Assembly (NCBI GenBank): GCA_963817895.1
Contig: CAWFQB010000014.1
Location: 352,001 to 416,000, forward strand
Direction: 5' to 3'
Length of the DNA stretch: 64,000 nt
Source: an uncultured Chthonomonadaceae bacterium
Lineage (GTDB): Bacteria > Armatimonadota > Chthonomonadetes > Chthonomonadales > Chthonomonadaceae
The position numbers were made by a program, and so were the translations under genes. This document shows, piece after piece, positions 50,808-62,146 of the stretch (positions are counted from its first letter, which is position 1; every line of letters starts with the position of its first letter). Below the pieces are notes generated by a model. The model had not been told where the DNA came from and did not search any database. It saw only the letters and a program-made list of their open reading frames with translations.

Positions 50808-53312
50808 TTACGGTGACGCGGCCTGTTCGACGGCGAAAAACGCGGGCTTGGGCTTCCCCTCCCGGTCGAACAGAAGGGGATACTCTATGCGGCCTCGAAC
50901 GGGAAAGTTGTTGAGCCAGGAGTCGCCATCCTGCGTACCCCACAGCGTGACACGGCTTATAACGTCTTTGTGGCGCAGGAACATCGTGAACGCCTGCCGG
51001 TAACGCTCGGCAAGCTGCTGCGCCACTGTATCCGGCAACCCTTTTGTGTAAGGATTCATTACAGCTTGCTGTTCCGGCGTCATGGTTTCGCGTATGGCGA
51101 TGTTCGCGCCCTGATATTGCGTCGGCAGAACGCCAATATCCAGTTCGGTAATCATCACCTTCAGCCCCATCGCCCCAAATTGCTGAACGGCTTTTTCCAC
51201 TTCGGCCAGATCGGGAGTATTCAGCCGCCAGTGACTCTGGATGCCGACCGCGTTGATTGGAACTTTCTGATCTAACAGCGATTGCAGCAGTTGCAGCGCT
51301 TTGGGCCGTTTATAACCGAGTTCAATATTGTAATCGTTGTAAATAAGAATCGCGTCAGGGTCGGCTTCATGGGCAGCGCGGAAGGCTTCGGCAATGTAAT
51401 CCGGGCCGATGGCTTTGAGCCAGGGCGTTGGGCGCAGCGACTCTCCCGGTGTGTCGCTGATGGCTTCGTTCACCACATCCCACTGCTTCACGCGGCCTTT
51501 ATAGTGGCCCACGACCGTTGAGATATGCTTGCGCAATCGCGTCAATGCCAGATCGCGAGTGACCGGCTGACCATCCGCCCCCTGAAAAAACCAGGCGGGC
51601 GTCTGCTCGTGCCAGACTAGCACATGTCCGACGGGAGACGCGCCACACTTTTCAGCGATCTCTACGAGTCTGTCTCCATCCGCAAACGTAAACTGGCCCT
51701 CGACGCGCTGAAGAGCATCCGGCTTCATGCTGTTTGCAGGCGTCAGAGCGCTGAAGTGCGTCGAGGCGATGTCTACATCCATAGGCGACTTGCCTTGCAG
51801 CGCGGGATAATTCAGCGCGGTTCCTATCAGAAACTTGCCTTTGTAAGCGTTCTTGAGGGTCGGCGCGATTCCCGACGGGTTGTTCTGCGTGGCGTTTGCA
51901 GGGGTTGACGCAACCTTGCCCTGCGGGGAGGCTTGTTCAGGCAATGGAGGCGCTTTAATGTACTGCTGCACCCAATCAAAAAATGCGGGCCAGTTCGGCG
52001 TCACATCATGCCCGCCTTCGTGCTGCCGCCAGGCGAGTTCACCGCCAATCAGGGTCTTCACCGGAGGCATAGGGGCTGTCAGGTACTCGCCCGGTGTGCC
52101 GAGGTCTTTTTTGCCAAGCAGCCTGTAGACCGGGCCGGCAAGCACAGCGGCCATGAAACTGCCATGCGCGTCTACCCATTTGGCATCGCCGCGCTCTACG
52201 ACTCCGTAGCTGATGAAACAGGGGCGCGGAGCGCACAGGGCAATCAGTTCATGCGAGTCTACCGGCAGGTCCGCGGCGGTCATGGGTGGGTCCGAAGCCC
52301 CGTACTTGATGAAGTTTCCCGCCATCCAGTAGTATTCTCCCCCGGCAAGGTTTTCGACCGCTTCCCCGAAGATATGGCGATGCAGTTTCGCGCCCCCTTC
52401 TCCCGAAGAGCCTATCAATCCAACGGCAACCCGTGGATCGAACGCCTCCGTCACGAGAGCCGCTTTGCCATAGCGTGAAAGCCCCTCGATGCCTACTCTT
52501 TTCGCATCCACCATCGAATCGCGGTTCGTCTCAAAATAATCTATGAGGCGGCTGACGCCCCATTGCCAGGCGCGCAGCGCGCCCCAATCGTCCGGCTTCC
52601 GGGGTTGGCCTTTGTTGGTCAGGCCGATGATGCCGCTTCGCAACTGGTTGTTGTCGGGCTGAATACTTGTCGGGATAATTTCGCCATACCCCCACCCCTT
52701 TGAAATCGCGAGAGATTTCCAGGCGGGTACAAAGCCGGGTCGCCCAAAGCCGAAGCCGAACTCGATCATCATGGGAACGGACTTTTTCACGTTTGCCGGA
52801 ACGGTGAAGTTCGCCTGAATGTTGACGGAAATTTGCGGATACGCGCTGTTATCCACATGGCCTACCAGTTTTTTGGTAACGGTTGGGATACCGCAGGTTT
52901 CGCCGGGAGTGGTAGCTGTTACCTCCCAGGTCACTTTCGGCGCGTTTTTGGGGATGCGCCCATACACTTCGCGCTCAAAATCTTCCGCTATCTCCACCCG
53001 ACGCTTAGGCCACTCTCTTGCCTGAGTCACCTTTTTGCCGTTCTTCATTTGAAGCGCGTCCGGCATGGTGTCCTTATAGGGGTTGGCCTTCGCTTCATCG
53101 AAGGTAGACTGGTTGTTGGGATCGGGGCCGCGCCGGATAGCTTTGATCCCCAACTGATCCATCATATTCTGATGGTCGTCGTAACCCGTTTGCGCGGCAA
53201 CATTCTGACTTGAACCGATTATCAGCAATACAGCGATAACGAGCGCCTTTACTGTATCTGGAGGCGTGGCATGTACGCGACGGAAGCAAGGCATTTGATC
53301 AACTCTGAACAT
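50808..53312 (-). CDS. CE15-like (glucuronoyl) esterase fused to GH10 endo-xylanase
   Basis: WGALRAW.WG.SR..DY, G.SRYGK nucleophile motif, LPVDSHELIALCAPRP; then NSMKP, GHVLVWHEQTP.W, WDVVNEA, YNDYNIE, ITELD. Confidence 0.85.
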   Translation of the reverse strand: MFRVDQMPCFRRVHATPPDTVKALVIAVLLIIGSSQNVAAQTGYDDHQNMMDQLGIKAIRRGPDPNNQSTFDEAKANPYKDTMPDALQMKNGKKVTQAREWPKRRVEIAEDFEREVYGRIPKNAPKVTWEVTATTPGETCGIPTVTKKLVGHVDNSAYPQISVNIQANFTVPANVKKSVPMMIEFGFGFGRPGFVPAWKSLAISKGWGYGEIIPTSIQPDNNQLRSGIIGLTNKGQPRKPDDWGALRAWQWGVSRLIDYFETNRDSMVDAKRVGIEGLSRYGKAALVTEAFDPRVAVGLIGSSGEGGAKLHRHIFGEAVENLAGGEYYWMAGNFIKYGASDPPMTAADLPVDSHELIALCAPRPCFISYGVVERGDAKWVDAHGSFMAAVLAGPVYRLLGKKDLGTPGEYLTAPMPPVKTLIGGELAWRQHEGGHDVTPNWPAFFDWVQQYIKAPPLPEQASPQGKVASTPANATQNNPSGIAPTLKNAYKGKFLIGTALNYPALQGKSPMDVDIASTHFSALTPANSMKPDALQRVEGQFTFADGDRLVEIAEKCGASPVGHVLVWHEQTPAWFFQGADGQPVTRDLALTRLRKHISTVVGHYKGRVKQWDVVNEAISDTPGESLRPTPWLKAIGPDYIAEAFRAAHEADPDAILIYNDYNIELGYKRPKALQLLQSLLDQKVPINAVGIQSHWRLNTPDLAEVEKAVQQFGAMGLKVMITELDIGVLPTQYQGANIAIRETMTPEQQAVMNPYTKGLPDTVAQQLAERYRQAFTMFLRHKDVISRVTLWGTQDGDSWLNNFPVRGRIEYPLLFDREGKPKPAFFAVEQAASP

Positions 53313-53441
53313 TTTCCCCTCCTCAATAGCATCCTTGTCCGCAGCGATTCGCGTGTCCGCCCAATCAGGAACCAGTCTCTGCCGCTTCACTGAGACATGT
53401 ACACATTGCTTTCGCGAACATCACACAGGTGGCAAGCGTCG

Positions 53442-55685
53442 CTAGAGTTTAGACCCATTTACGGGCATCCAGGGAGTAAACGCGCCCATAGCATGGACTT
53501 TCACCCTGCGCTTCCATATCTTGTTTCCGGCAAAAGCGTACAGCGTGTCCCCTTCGCGCCCGCCCAGGCATACGCTAATGACGCGGCTGTGGTCAGGCAG
53601 GGGCAGGATTACCTGTGTGGGGCCGTCGTCCGCGCAGACCTGAACGCCCCAGCGCGTCGCCACCAACATCTGACCCTCTCTTGCGTAACATACGGACGCT
53701 ACGCCCGCGTCGTCTTCCCAATCCGAGACATGCAGCCAGAAGTAACGCTCTTTGTTGGTAAGCGTACCATCGGCGTTGATCTGGTAACTGCATACCCACT
53801 TTGATTGTCCTTCCGCCACAGACAGCAGCCACCGGTCAGGACGATAAGCAAGCCCGGCAGCGTTTTTCAGTCCCGAAGCCACCCGCGTTTTCTTGCCATC
53901 TTTGACAAACCAAACTTCACCTGCGCTCTTCGGCTTATCCTCGTTGACGCTGACGTAAAGCCCGCCGTCAGGGGTAGCGAGAACATAATCTCCGCGCATG
54001 CCCTCCGCGACAAGACGGCTTTTACCGGACAAGTCATAGCTCATGATTTTTCCTGTGACGTTTGAAACCGCGTAGAGTTGACCATCGGGTCCAAAAGTGA
54101 GACTATTGGCGTGTCCCGCATCGGACAAGAACTCTCTGACCTGTCCATCGAGATCCATACGATAGATTCTGTTGGCTGTTGTGTCCACAAAAAACACGTC
54201 GCCATTCGCATTACTTGACGCCCCCTGGAAGTTATGCTGCCCTGGGGAAACCCCTTTTGCACTTCTGTTCTTGCCAGGCTTCGCCGGGGAGGAGGATATC
54301 ACGAACGCGCGGCGCGCTCGGTCCGGCTTGCACCGGCTGCGGCCAGCCTTTCCACAGAAAACTCATGGCTTCTTGAAAATACTCATAGTAGCCCGCAACG
54401 TGTCCCCCATTGATGATGCGGAAAAAGTAATCGTAGCCCGAAAAGCGCAAAGCTTTGTCCATCTCTTGATCCAACAGGAACCAGTCACCCGCCGCGTTTT
54501 CCATATCCCCGTGCCTGTCGTGAGATAGGCGCGGATCGGTTTGGCCTCGAACTTACGCACAAAGGTCGGAAACTCATGGCCGCCGCGAAACGCGGTAAAA
54601 CTGCCGCTGTTGGCATACACGCGACTGAACGTTTCGGGACGTTCCCAGGCGGCATTGAAAGCGGCAATGCCCCCACTGCTGCCTCCGGCGATACAGCGAT
54701 CATTGCCGTTGGTGGAAAGTTTCAGACCGAACTCCTTTGTCACAAAAGGCAGCAATTCCTCCACCAGAAAACGGACATTGTTATCCCCAACGCCATCGTA
54801 TTCAAAATCCCGATTGCGCCGCCCCATTGTGCCTTTCATCGGGGCCGGCACGTCGCCGGGTCCGACAAAGATACCGATTGTCACCGGCATTTCGCCGGTC
54901 GCGATCAGCCTTTCCAGCAGGGGCTTTTCTCCGGGGTTGTAGCCATCGGTTTTGACATAGACACAGGCGGGCCTGGAGCCGTCGTATTGCGCCGGAATGA
55001 AGACCGCCAGGGGGCGAACGGTTCCCGGAAAAATTGTGCTGCGGGCAAAAGAAGCGTACTTGATCTCGCCCTTGAGAATTTTCTCCGGCGCGATGTCGGG
55101 AGCGACATAGGGGGCCGCGTCCGCAACGGAACCGGCGTTCGTCCCTGCGCCCAACGTACCCGCCAGCGGTTTGATGATCCACTGTAGATGCGCGTCACCG
55201 GGCGTATTGGTCCACAAGTCCTGCCTGGCGCCGGGATTTTGTTTCCCGCCAAAGTCGTCCAGCCCCTTTTCAGGCGCGTGTCCGGGCGTAAGGGTGTAGG
55301 TTCCGTTCTCGTTTTTGTGAAGTGACCACTCCTGCCAGGGCTGCCCTCTGTCGGTTTCCAACACAATCGCCGTGCCGTTCTCCGTTCCACCCTTTGCCGC
55401 CGACAGCGCCAGAGGGGAATTGGAAGCAGGCTTGATCGCAAAGAAGTTATTGCCTTTAGGCACAATAACCCATTTCTGATTTGCCGTGCCGGTTGGCCTG
55501 CCGAGGGATACCACCGTCCCCTCGTTTGTCCCCGCGCCCACGGCTTCCAGAACCAGTCCCGGTGCGCTGACTGGAATCAGGGCATACGCGCCCCAATCCT
55601 CTGCATAGGCGCGATTTGTCAGTATGCAGGCCAAAAGAACCGCGAGGAGGGGCAGTGTCCATCGGATGCTAAATTTCATCGGCAA
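53442..55685 (-). CDS. Ricin-B lectin + alpha/beta-hydrolase esterase + SMP-30/gluconolactonase fusion; two frameshifts
   Basis: QxW repeats (ANQKW, WQEW, LQW); RNRDFEYD, GGSSGG nucleophile, ENAAGDW..GGH; C-terminal propeller ending VATRWGVQVC...V.LGG..GDTLY. Confidence 0.78.
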
Positions 55686-55715
55686 AATAGTCCTCCATCG
55701 TCATCTTATTCATTT

Positions 55716-55783
55716 GACCTCTTTCATAAGTCTACTCATTGAGATAGGCGCGGCATCGTCCACGAGGACTTATGAAAGAGGTC
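55716..55783. repeat. 17-bp perfect inverted repeat in the intergenic region
   Basis: gacctctttcataagtc (55716-55732) / gacttatgaaagaggtc (55767-55783). Confidence 0.7.
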
Positions 55784-55797
55784 TATTGCTGTTGCTA

Positions 55798-58338
55798 TTA
55801 CGGCGTATTTCCCCTTACGGTATATCTTCCAGCGCGTTCAATGGCAACTGTTCGCCCCGGCAACTTTACCTGAGCGTGAATGTTGTCTGGCAGGCTTAGA
55901 GTGCAGACCATTCCATTCGCAGACTTTTCCACATGAATGTGGATATTGCCCTGCGGGGTTGGAACTGTGCCTTCTGCCCACGTCAGGTCTCCAAGTTCGG
56001 GCGCAATTATTACGTTTTTGAATCCGCCTGTTGTTGGCTGGACGCCAAGTATGGTCTCCGTCAGGTACGAAGTAGGGCCGCTTGACCAGCCATGACAGAG
56101 GCTGACATAGGGCATCTTAGTCAACGCCCGGTTCATATCTTGTGAGAAGGACGGATCAAAGACTTCCCACCAGGTCGTCGCCCCTCTCAAGAGCATCGCG
56201 CCCCAGTAGCGGCGCAGCAGATCAATTCCGGCCTGGTATTGCCCCATCTTCCCGTATGCGCTCAAGACATAATTTCCGTAGAACGGTGACATCACCTCGG
56301 ATCCCGCGAGATCGGGGCCGAGAGGCGCTTTCCATGCCGTAGCGCCTGCACGGAGCACTTCATTGTAGATGCGCGCCTGCTGTTGCAGAGTCGCAACGTC
56401 TGCATACACCGCCATCGAATTCTCCTGGACGCTGCTGCCATACGTTTGTGTTTGCGGGTTGATAAGCAGGCTGCGCGCGGCCTGAGTTAGCGTGTCGGCC
56501 CAGGCGCTGTATTTCTCGGCATTGGCCGTATCGCCAAGCGCCCTGAGAAGAAACACGGCCTGACGGACACCGTAAGTAGCGAACAAATGGGTGGTGGCGA
56601 GCGTTTGCGGCGTGTCTCTCACATAATTGGGCACCCAGTCGCAAAAATCCCACGCGTGTTTGGGATTCGAAAACAGGTTTCGGTTGTCGAACTCGGTCTG
56701 CTGATAGGCAAGCAGAGAAAGGATGTTCTGGCGCTGGCTTCGCAGGAACGCGAGGTCTCCGTCATGCCGGTAGAAGTCAGCGAGAACGCCGAACCAGGAT
56801 GCGGTATATCCGGGAATATCGTTGATGTCCCCAACCGGCATCTGTGTGTCGGGCCGACCACCCTGGGCGCTGGCTCGCCCTCCGGCGATGCTTTTTTCCA
56901 TGAGGAAACGATCCGCAAAAACGTTGTTAATGGTTTCTCCGGTGACGTGCATGTCGCCAATCCACAGGCCCCGATCCCGCTTGGGCGCGTCCCAGATGTC
57001 TTCCTGCATACACAGATGCGCGGTATAAGCGCCGGTGTACCATATACGGGTGAGGAGCGGGTCAGAGCAGGCGAAAGCCCCCTTATATTCCACAGGATAG
57101 TACTTGAAGTCGCAGTCGGCTTTCGTGAGCGTGACGGGTTGCTCGCCCGGGAAGGTCAGAAGCGCGTAACGGAAGGCCGTGTAAGGCGTTGTTTGGACCT
57201 CTGCGCCGTTTAGCGTGAGGAGCCAGGGTCCGCTGTTGTCAATGGTAAGCAATCGCGCATCCTTTAAAAGATGCAGGCAAGCTTCCCGCGATTCGCCCGT
57301 ATGGACCTCTACTCTGGCGCCGGACGTGCCCGCGATATCAAGACGACCCGACAACTCCCTGCCGAAGTCCAGCAGGATTTGTCTGGGGCCGGTAGAGGTG
57401 ACGGATACCGGTTTACCGATTAAGAGCCTATCCCAATAGGCCATTGCATTTGCGTCCGAAGGACGCTTGGCCGCAGACCACTCAGACGGGTACGTTCTTT
57501 GTACCCGGCTTATTGGGATAAGCTCTAAGGCTGCCGAATGGCCGCGCATCAGGCTATGGAGGTTTTGCATCCTCTCTACGTCGGATAGAGCCTCAACTGC
57601 AATTGGCCGCATGGTCATGTGCGCCATGTACCAGGCGGCGGCATTGGCATGCGGCCAATTCTTCACGCCACTTCCCCATACGCCCGTGCCAATGGAGCCT
57701 TCATCGGTCGCATTCTGCCAGGCGGAATCGTTAAAGGAAGCATCCAGCCAGTCACTCGGAGGTGTTGTCAGCACTGCCTTCCAGTAGCTGCCGCTGACAA
57801 CGGCTGTCACGCCGTTGACGTCAAGCTTCACCACAATCCCTGCCGCGCCACCGCCCTTATTGATCCCTTTTACGGCGAGGACGTTCTTGCCGACGCGCAG
57901 GTACTCTGTGACAGCCACCTTGTGTACATGCGACCACCCTTGCTCGATTGGTTGGGTTTCCTCTATCTGATGACCGTTCAGGTACAGCATGAACGCATCG
58001 TCGCCCGTGATCCAAACCTGGGCAGCGCGAGGCTTGGAGCGGAGGGTAAATACCGAACGCGCATGGAACTGTTGATCGCCGACAACAGGACCGAGCCATA
58101 TCCAATGTGCCGTCTCGGTAGCTTTCGGCGGCGTGAGAGGCGGCGTTAGCCTATTGTACGTGGGATCGGGGATCCAAATCGTCTTCCCCGTGTCAGATGG
58201 GGAAGACGCAATATGCGCGCTACCAGACAGCGTCGGCACATTGTCGTCGGCTACGGTCATTCCTGCTAAGGCCAGAGATAGAACTGCCAACACGAGCATC
58301 GCAAGCAGAGGCGACGTTCTCACTTTCGCAGGAATCAC
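55798..58338 (-). CDS. Alpha-L-rhamnosidase-like GH78 protein
   Basis: LDFGREL.G, G.F.CSD.LL..IW..G..T, DAPKRDR.LW.GD, GATTWWE, SLCHGWSSGP, G.VPTPQG.I. Confidence 0.88.
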   Translation of the reverse strand: MIPAKVRTSPLLAMLVLAVLSLALAGMTVADDNVPTLSGSAHIASSPSDTGKTIWIPDPTYNRLTPPLTPPKATETAHWIWLGPVVGDQQFHARSVFTLRSKPRAAQVWITGDDAFMLYLNGHQIEETQPIEQGWSHVHKVAVTEYLRVGKNVLAVKGINKGGGAAGIVVKLDVNGVTAVVSGSYWKAVLTTPPSDWLDASFNDSAWQNATDEGSIGTGVWGSGVKNWPHANAAAWYMAHMTMRPIAVEALSDVERMQNLHSLMRGHSAALELIPISRVQRTYPSEWSAAKRPSDANAMAYWDRLLIGKPVSVTSTGPRQILLDFGRELSGRLDIAGTSGARVEVHTGESREACLHLLKDARLLTIDNSGPWLLTLNGAEVQTTPYTAFRYALLTFPGEQPVTLTKADCDFKYYPVEYKGAFACSDPLLTRIWYTGAYTAHLCMQEDIWDAPKRDRGLWIGDMHVTGETINNVFADRFLMEKSIAGGRASAQGGRPDTQMPVGDINDIPGYTASWFGVLADFYRHDGDLAFLRSQRQNILSLLAYQQTEFDNRNLFSNPKHAWDFCDWVPNYVRDTPQTLATTHLFATYGVRQAVFLLRALGDTANAEKYSAWADTLTQAARSLLINPQTQTYGSSVQENSMAVYADVATLQQQARIYNEVLRAGATAWKAPLGPDLAGSEVMSPFYGNYVLSAYGKMGQYQAGIDLLRRYWGAMLLRGATTWWEVFDPSFSQDMNRALTKMPYVSLCHGWSSGPTSYLTETILGVQPTTGGFKNVIIAPELGDLTWAEGTVPTPQGNIHIHVEKSANGMVCTLSLPDNIHAQVKLPGRTVAIERAGRYTVRGNTP

Positions 58339-58470
58339 TTCTTATGCCTCCGTGTGTCAATGCTACAGCAAGGACTGTGCCTGTATGCCCATCTGTAGCG
58401 CTTGCCCCAATACTTTACAGAAGGAACGCGCCAGATAGACCGCTGTTCGTCTTTTTGATGGGTTCGTTCT

Positions 58471-60072
58471 TCACAGCGGCAAGTTGTTGGCCTGTGTGAT
58501 AGGCGCACTGCCCCGTTCGACGCTTACGCCACCCGCGCCGAAATTGCCGATAGCGAGGAACTGCCGGGTCTTCGAGGTGGAATACAAGTCCGGGCGACCA
58601 TCGAGGCGAAAGTCACAGCCCATTACCCGCACATCTCCCCCGTTTGCCTGAATACAGGCGTCATTGGCGCTGATCCCCCACGTCTGGAACTGACAACTCG
58701 TAAACGTCACTTCGGGACTGGAAACGTTGGGCGCGCCATAAGGAGCGGCGTTAATCATTACCGCCGAGCCATAAGCGTTCCAGAAATTGCAGTTCACGAA
58801 CGACAGGCGTCCGGTGAAGGTAGGAGCGGTATAAACGTTGTAGTGGGTCCTGGAATCATTCAACGCGACGAAATCACAGTCTGTAAAAGTGATACCCGGT
58901 ATGGCGACATCGTCCACATAGACGGGCTGCGCTGTCAAATCCGCCCCGCAGCCGATCAGGCGACCGTAAGAACGGTTATCGGCATTGGGCGTATGGCTGG
59001 GATTCACGGCGAAATGGTAGCCGATATGGTACCCCAGGCAGAACGTATCAATCAGGCGGAACTGGTCGTTACGGCCAATCTCGAAGGCCGTGCCATGTTC
59101 CATTTGCCACTGCCAGATGCCCGGTCTTCCCTTCGGCGGCCCAAGAAGCGAGGTGTTGTTATTGAACTGGGGAACAAAATGGACGGACTCGACGCGGTCT
59201 ACGTCGGCGCTGTTGTCGAAGCTGATGCCTTTAAAAGTGGGCTGGCCCGTAATATGGTCAATCCAGACACGCACAGAACCCCAGGCTTTGATCCCCTGAT
59301 ACATGTTGACGATGGCGACGTTGGAGACGCGACTTGCATCCCCGACAATGCTGATCGCCCATGGCGCGGGCGTGGGGGCTGTGGCGTCTTCGGCATTCGT
59401 TTGCAGCGGGTTGTAGATGGCGACACCCTCGACTACCGAATTGGTGTTCACGGTAAGGAAGGGCGGCGCGTCCGCATGGCCGAAGCCTTCGACCATGCCC
59501 AGCGTGGTTCCGCCCGCCAGCGGACTTTGCTCGGGAGACTGCCCGCCCGGCAACGCGCCTGCGAGACTGGCCGGCAGCATCAAGTCGCCGCGCAGGCGCA
59601 CGAAGCGCGGGATGTTGAGTGTGCCGAGCAGCAGATAGGCGCCACTCGGCACTTCAACCTTGCCGCCGCGCGCCTTGAACTGCGCGTCCAGAGCGTTCTG
59701 AAAAGCGGCGGTATTGTCGGTGCCGTAGGCAGCCCGCCCATTCGTGACGCTTGTGGTCGCCTCTGCTTGCAGGGTCGCAGAGTGCAGACCAGGAACCGCC
59801 ATGATTTTGGTTGTCAACACTCCCCCGGATACGCCCGCGCCGCCGATAGCAATGGACTTGCCGATATCGGCGTGGGTGAACGTGGCAGAAACGGAGGAAA
59901 GCGTCTTTGAGTTGCCACGGATTGCCGCGTCGCTCACCAATTTCATATCGGCTCTGGCGGCATAGGGAGCGTCCGTGACGCTTCGATTCGACGCCATGGC
60001 GCGGATACCAGCCTGGCAAGTGAGAAGGGCGCAAGCGACAAGAACAAGGAGAGAAAGGGAGCGTATTTTCAT
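58471..60072 (-). CDS. Secreted right-handed beta-helix (pectate lyase 3 / GH28-like) protein
   Basis: Signal peptide; DNTAAFQNALD...GGKVEVPSGAYL...L.IP..V.L.G; repeated FTDCDF/FVNCNF/FTSCQF rungs. Confidence 0.7.
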   Translation of the reverse strand: MKIRSLSLLVLVACALLTCQAGIRAMASNRSVTDAPYAARADMKLVSDAAIRGNSKTLSSVSATFTHADIGKSIAIGGAGVSGGVLTTKIMAVPGLHSATLQAEATTSVTNGRAAYGTDNTAAFQNALDAQFKARGGKVEVPSGAYLLLGTLNIPRFVRLRGDLMLPASLAGALPGGQSPEQSPLAGGTTLGMVEGFGHADAPPFLTVNTNSVVEGVAIYNPLQTNAEDATAPTPAPWAISIVGDASRVSNVAIVNMYQGIKAWGSVRVWIDHITGQPTFKGISFDNSADVDRVESVHFVPQFNNNTSLLGPPKGRPGIWQWQMEHGTAFEIGRNDQFRLIDTFCLGYHIGYHFAVNPSHTPNADNRSYGRLIGCGADLTAQPVYVDDVAIPGITFTDCDFVALNDSRTHYNVYTAPTFTGRLSFVNCNFWNAYGSAVMINAAPYGAPNVSSPEVTFTSCQFQTWGISANDACIQANGGDVRVMGCDFRLDGRPDLYSTSKTRQFLAIGNFGAGGVSVERGSAPITQANNLPL

Positions 60073-60477
60073 GTCTGCTAATTCGTCATCTCACGCCTGA
60101 ATCCTTCTCGCCTTTTCCAACGCTCCTCATTTTCGATAGGTTTGCCGTATAACGCATAGTCGTCGTAATCTGTGGCTGCAACGACGACGCAAAGGACGGG
60201 ATAGTAGAGTTGCTGATTTTCGTCCAGTTCGTTGCGGCGCGTATTGCCTGTGATATGAATCTGTGGAAATATTAAAGTTTAATTTTGCCAGGCAGTTTTA
60301 GCAGGATTTCGTCCGCGAATGTTGAAATATAACCTGAAAGTAGTTATTTTTTATGAATAACGGTATCGTTCTTGCATAGAGCGAAAAACCGCAACCGCAA
60401 ATCACTACCAGCGTCTATTGCCTTATACCCGGTAAAATCTATCAGGTAAAAGGCAACTCTTAGAAGTGAGGAATCCT

Positions 60478-61062
60478 ATGCCCGTCACACTTACCCCTGA
60501 CCTGATGAAAGAATATGTGGACTTGTTCCACGCCTGCGTGATTGTGCCAGCCAAAAAGCCGGAGGTGATAGCGATTGCGAAGCAAATTATTGCCAACCAG
60601 TCTCGCTATGAAATCGTGGCGCAGGCGACGCATGTGCCCTGGTATGTGATTGGCGCCATCCATAATCTGGAAAGCAGCCTGGACTTTCACACGCACCTGC
60701 ACAATGGCGATCCGCTTACGGCGCGAACAGTCCATGTGCCGGCGCATCGGCCTGTCGCGGGACAGCCGCCATTTACATGGGAATTCAGCGCGGAGGACGC
60801 CCTGCGCTACGACAGTCTGGCCGACAAACCGACATGGACGCTTGCCGAAACGCTGTACCGCATTGAGGGTTATAACGGATTCGGTTATCGCCATCGTCAG
60901 CCGCCCGTGCCGTCACCCTATCTGTGGTGTTGGTCGAACCAATACAGCAAGGGCAAATATGTGGAGGATGGAAAATTCGACCCGAATGCGGTTTCCAACC
61001 AGTGCGGGGCGGCCACCCTGCTGCATTATCTGGCGTTCACAGGCGTAATTACGCCGGCGTGA
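60478..61062 (+). CDS. Lysozyme-family protein (COG5526-like)
   Basis: VPWYVIGAIH.LESS.DF..HLHNGDPL, WE.SA.DAL, EGYNGFGY, SPYLW, GKYV.DG.FDP..VS.QCGAA. Confidence 0.85.
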   Translation: MPVTLTPDLMKEYVDLFHACVIVPAKKPEVIAIAKQIIANQSRYEIVAQATHVPWYVIGAIHNLESSLDFHTHLHNGDPLTARTVHVPAHRPVAGQPPFTWEFSAEDALRYDSLADKPTWTLAETLYRIEGYNGFGYRHRQPPVPSPYLWCWSNQYSKGKYVEDGKFDPNAVSNQCGAATLLHYLAFTGVITPA

Positions 61063-61084
61063 GACAGTGCAGGGCCGTTCCAAT

Positions 61085-62113
61085 TCAGGAAGCGTAAACT
61101 TTACTGCTCACGACCGCTTCCACTTCCTGACTCTGGGTCGCGAGGTTGGCGGCAGTCGGGGTTGCTGTTATGTCGGGCGTCGGGGGCGCGGCCATTTTCG
61201 CCATCGCTTCGCTGAGTTTTTGCGTCCAGCTTGTCAGTTCCGCGGACAGAATATCTTCGGTAAAGCTGACCAGTTTATCCCGGTTGTCCGGCAGCGCGCG
61301 CTCGGCCTCGCTCAACTCGTTGCGCCACCAGCGATCCACGCGCGCCAGGCTGTTGCCGCTTTGATTGTACTGCGCCAGCGTGACCTCGATTTGCCGCTGC
61401 TGTAGATAGCTGACGGCGGCGGTCGTCACCGCCGCTGTCAGCGGAATCCACAGGGGCTGTTTGAGCAGCGCGAGTACGGTTCCCGCCGTACCCGCCGCAA
61501 TGCTGATTCCATGCAGCCATTGCGCGTGACGGTTCAGTTTCTGAACCCGGCGATGGTAGTACGCGGCCTGATCCGTCAGGCGCAGGGAAACGTAACGATC
61601 CGGCGTCATGGGAAAGGCTTCCGCGTTCGTATTTTCTAAACTCTCTTCTGTTCCGGCCTGCGCTGCGCTTGCGGGCGGCGGCGCTTGCAGGATAGCGTCG
61701 CCCAATCCCGCAGAAATCGCGTTCAGGCGATGGTAGAGCAGGGAGGGTTCGGCATGGCCCCGGTATTCGCCCGCCTGCATCAGATAGCCGTAAATTTCCC
61801 GCTGCGTGGCCTGCGCGCCCGCGCGTAACGCGAGCCACTTTTCACCCGGTTTGAAGTGACTCAACGCGCTCAACAGCCCGGACGTGGTGGCCGTCACCAG
61901 CACAATCGCAGCGGTGAAAACCGCGTCCGGCACAAACGTCATTTTCCAGAGGGCATTGGTTGGCGGCGTTTGTCGCCATGCCATCAGCGTCGCCAGCAGC
62001 GTGGCCCCAAGGCCGAGCAGCAGCAGCGCGCCCTGATAGCGCCGAAAATTCCTTTGCTGCCGCCCCGCGTTGTAGTCATAGCTTGCATATAACTTCCAAG
62101 CATCCGTTAGCAT
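61085..62113 (-). CDS. Tandem SLATT-domain (DUF4231-like) membrane protein
   Basis: Two helical TM-pair units: Q...RRYQ-TM-TM-KW.ALRAGAQ..QREIY.Y and YVSLRL.DQ..YY-TM-TM-Y......L......W...LV..TE.IL..E...W. Confidence 0.8.
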   Translation of the reverse strand: MLTDAWKLYASYDYNAGRQQRNFRRYQGALLLLGLGATLLATLMAWRQTPPTNALWKMTFVPDAVFTAAIVLVTATTSGLLSALSHFKPGEKWLALRAGAQATQREIYGYLMQAGEYRGHAEPSLLYHRLNAISAGLGDAILQAPPPASAAQAGTEESLENTNAEAFPMTPDRYVSLRLTDQAAYYHRRVQKLNRHAQWLHGISIAAGTAGTVLALLKQPLWIPLTAAVTTAAVSYLQQRQIEVTLAQYNQSGNSLARVDRWWRNELSEAERALPDNRDKLVSFTEDILSAELTSWTQKLSEAMAKMAAPPTPDITATPTAANLATQSQEVEAVVSSKVYAS

Positions 62114-62146
62114 TGTCGTGGTCTACTCCTTCAGGCATTGGGAGAT

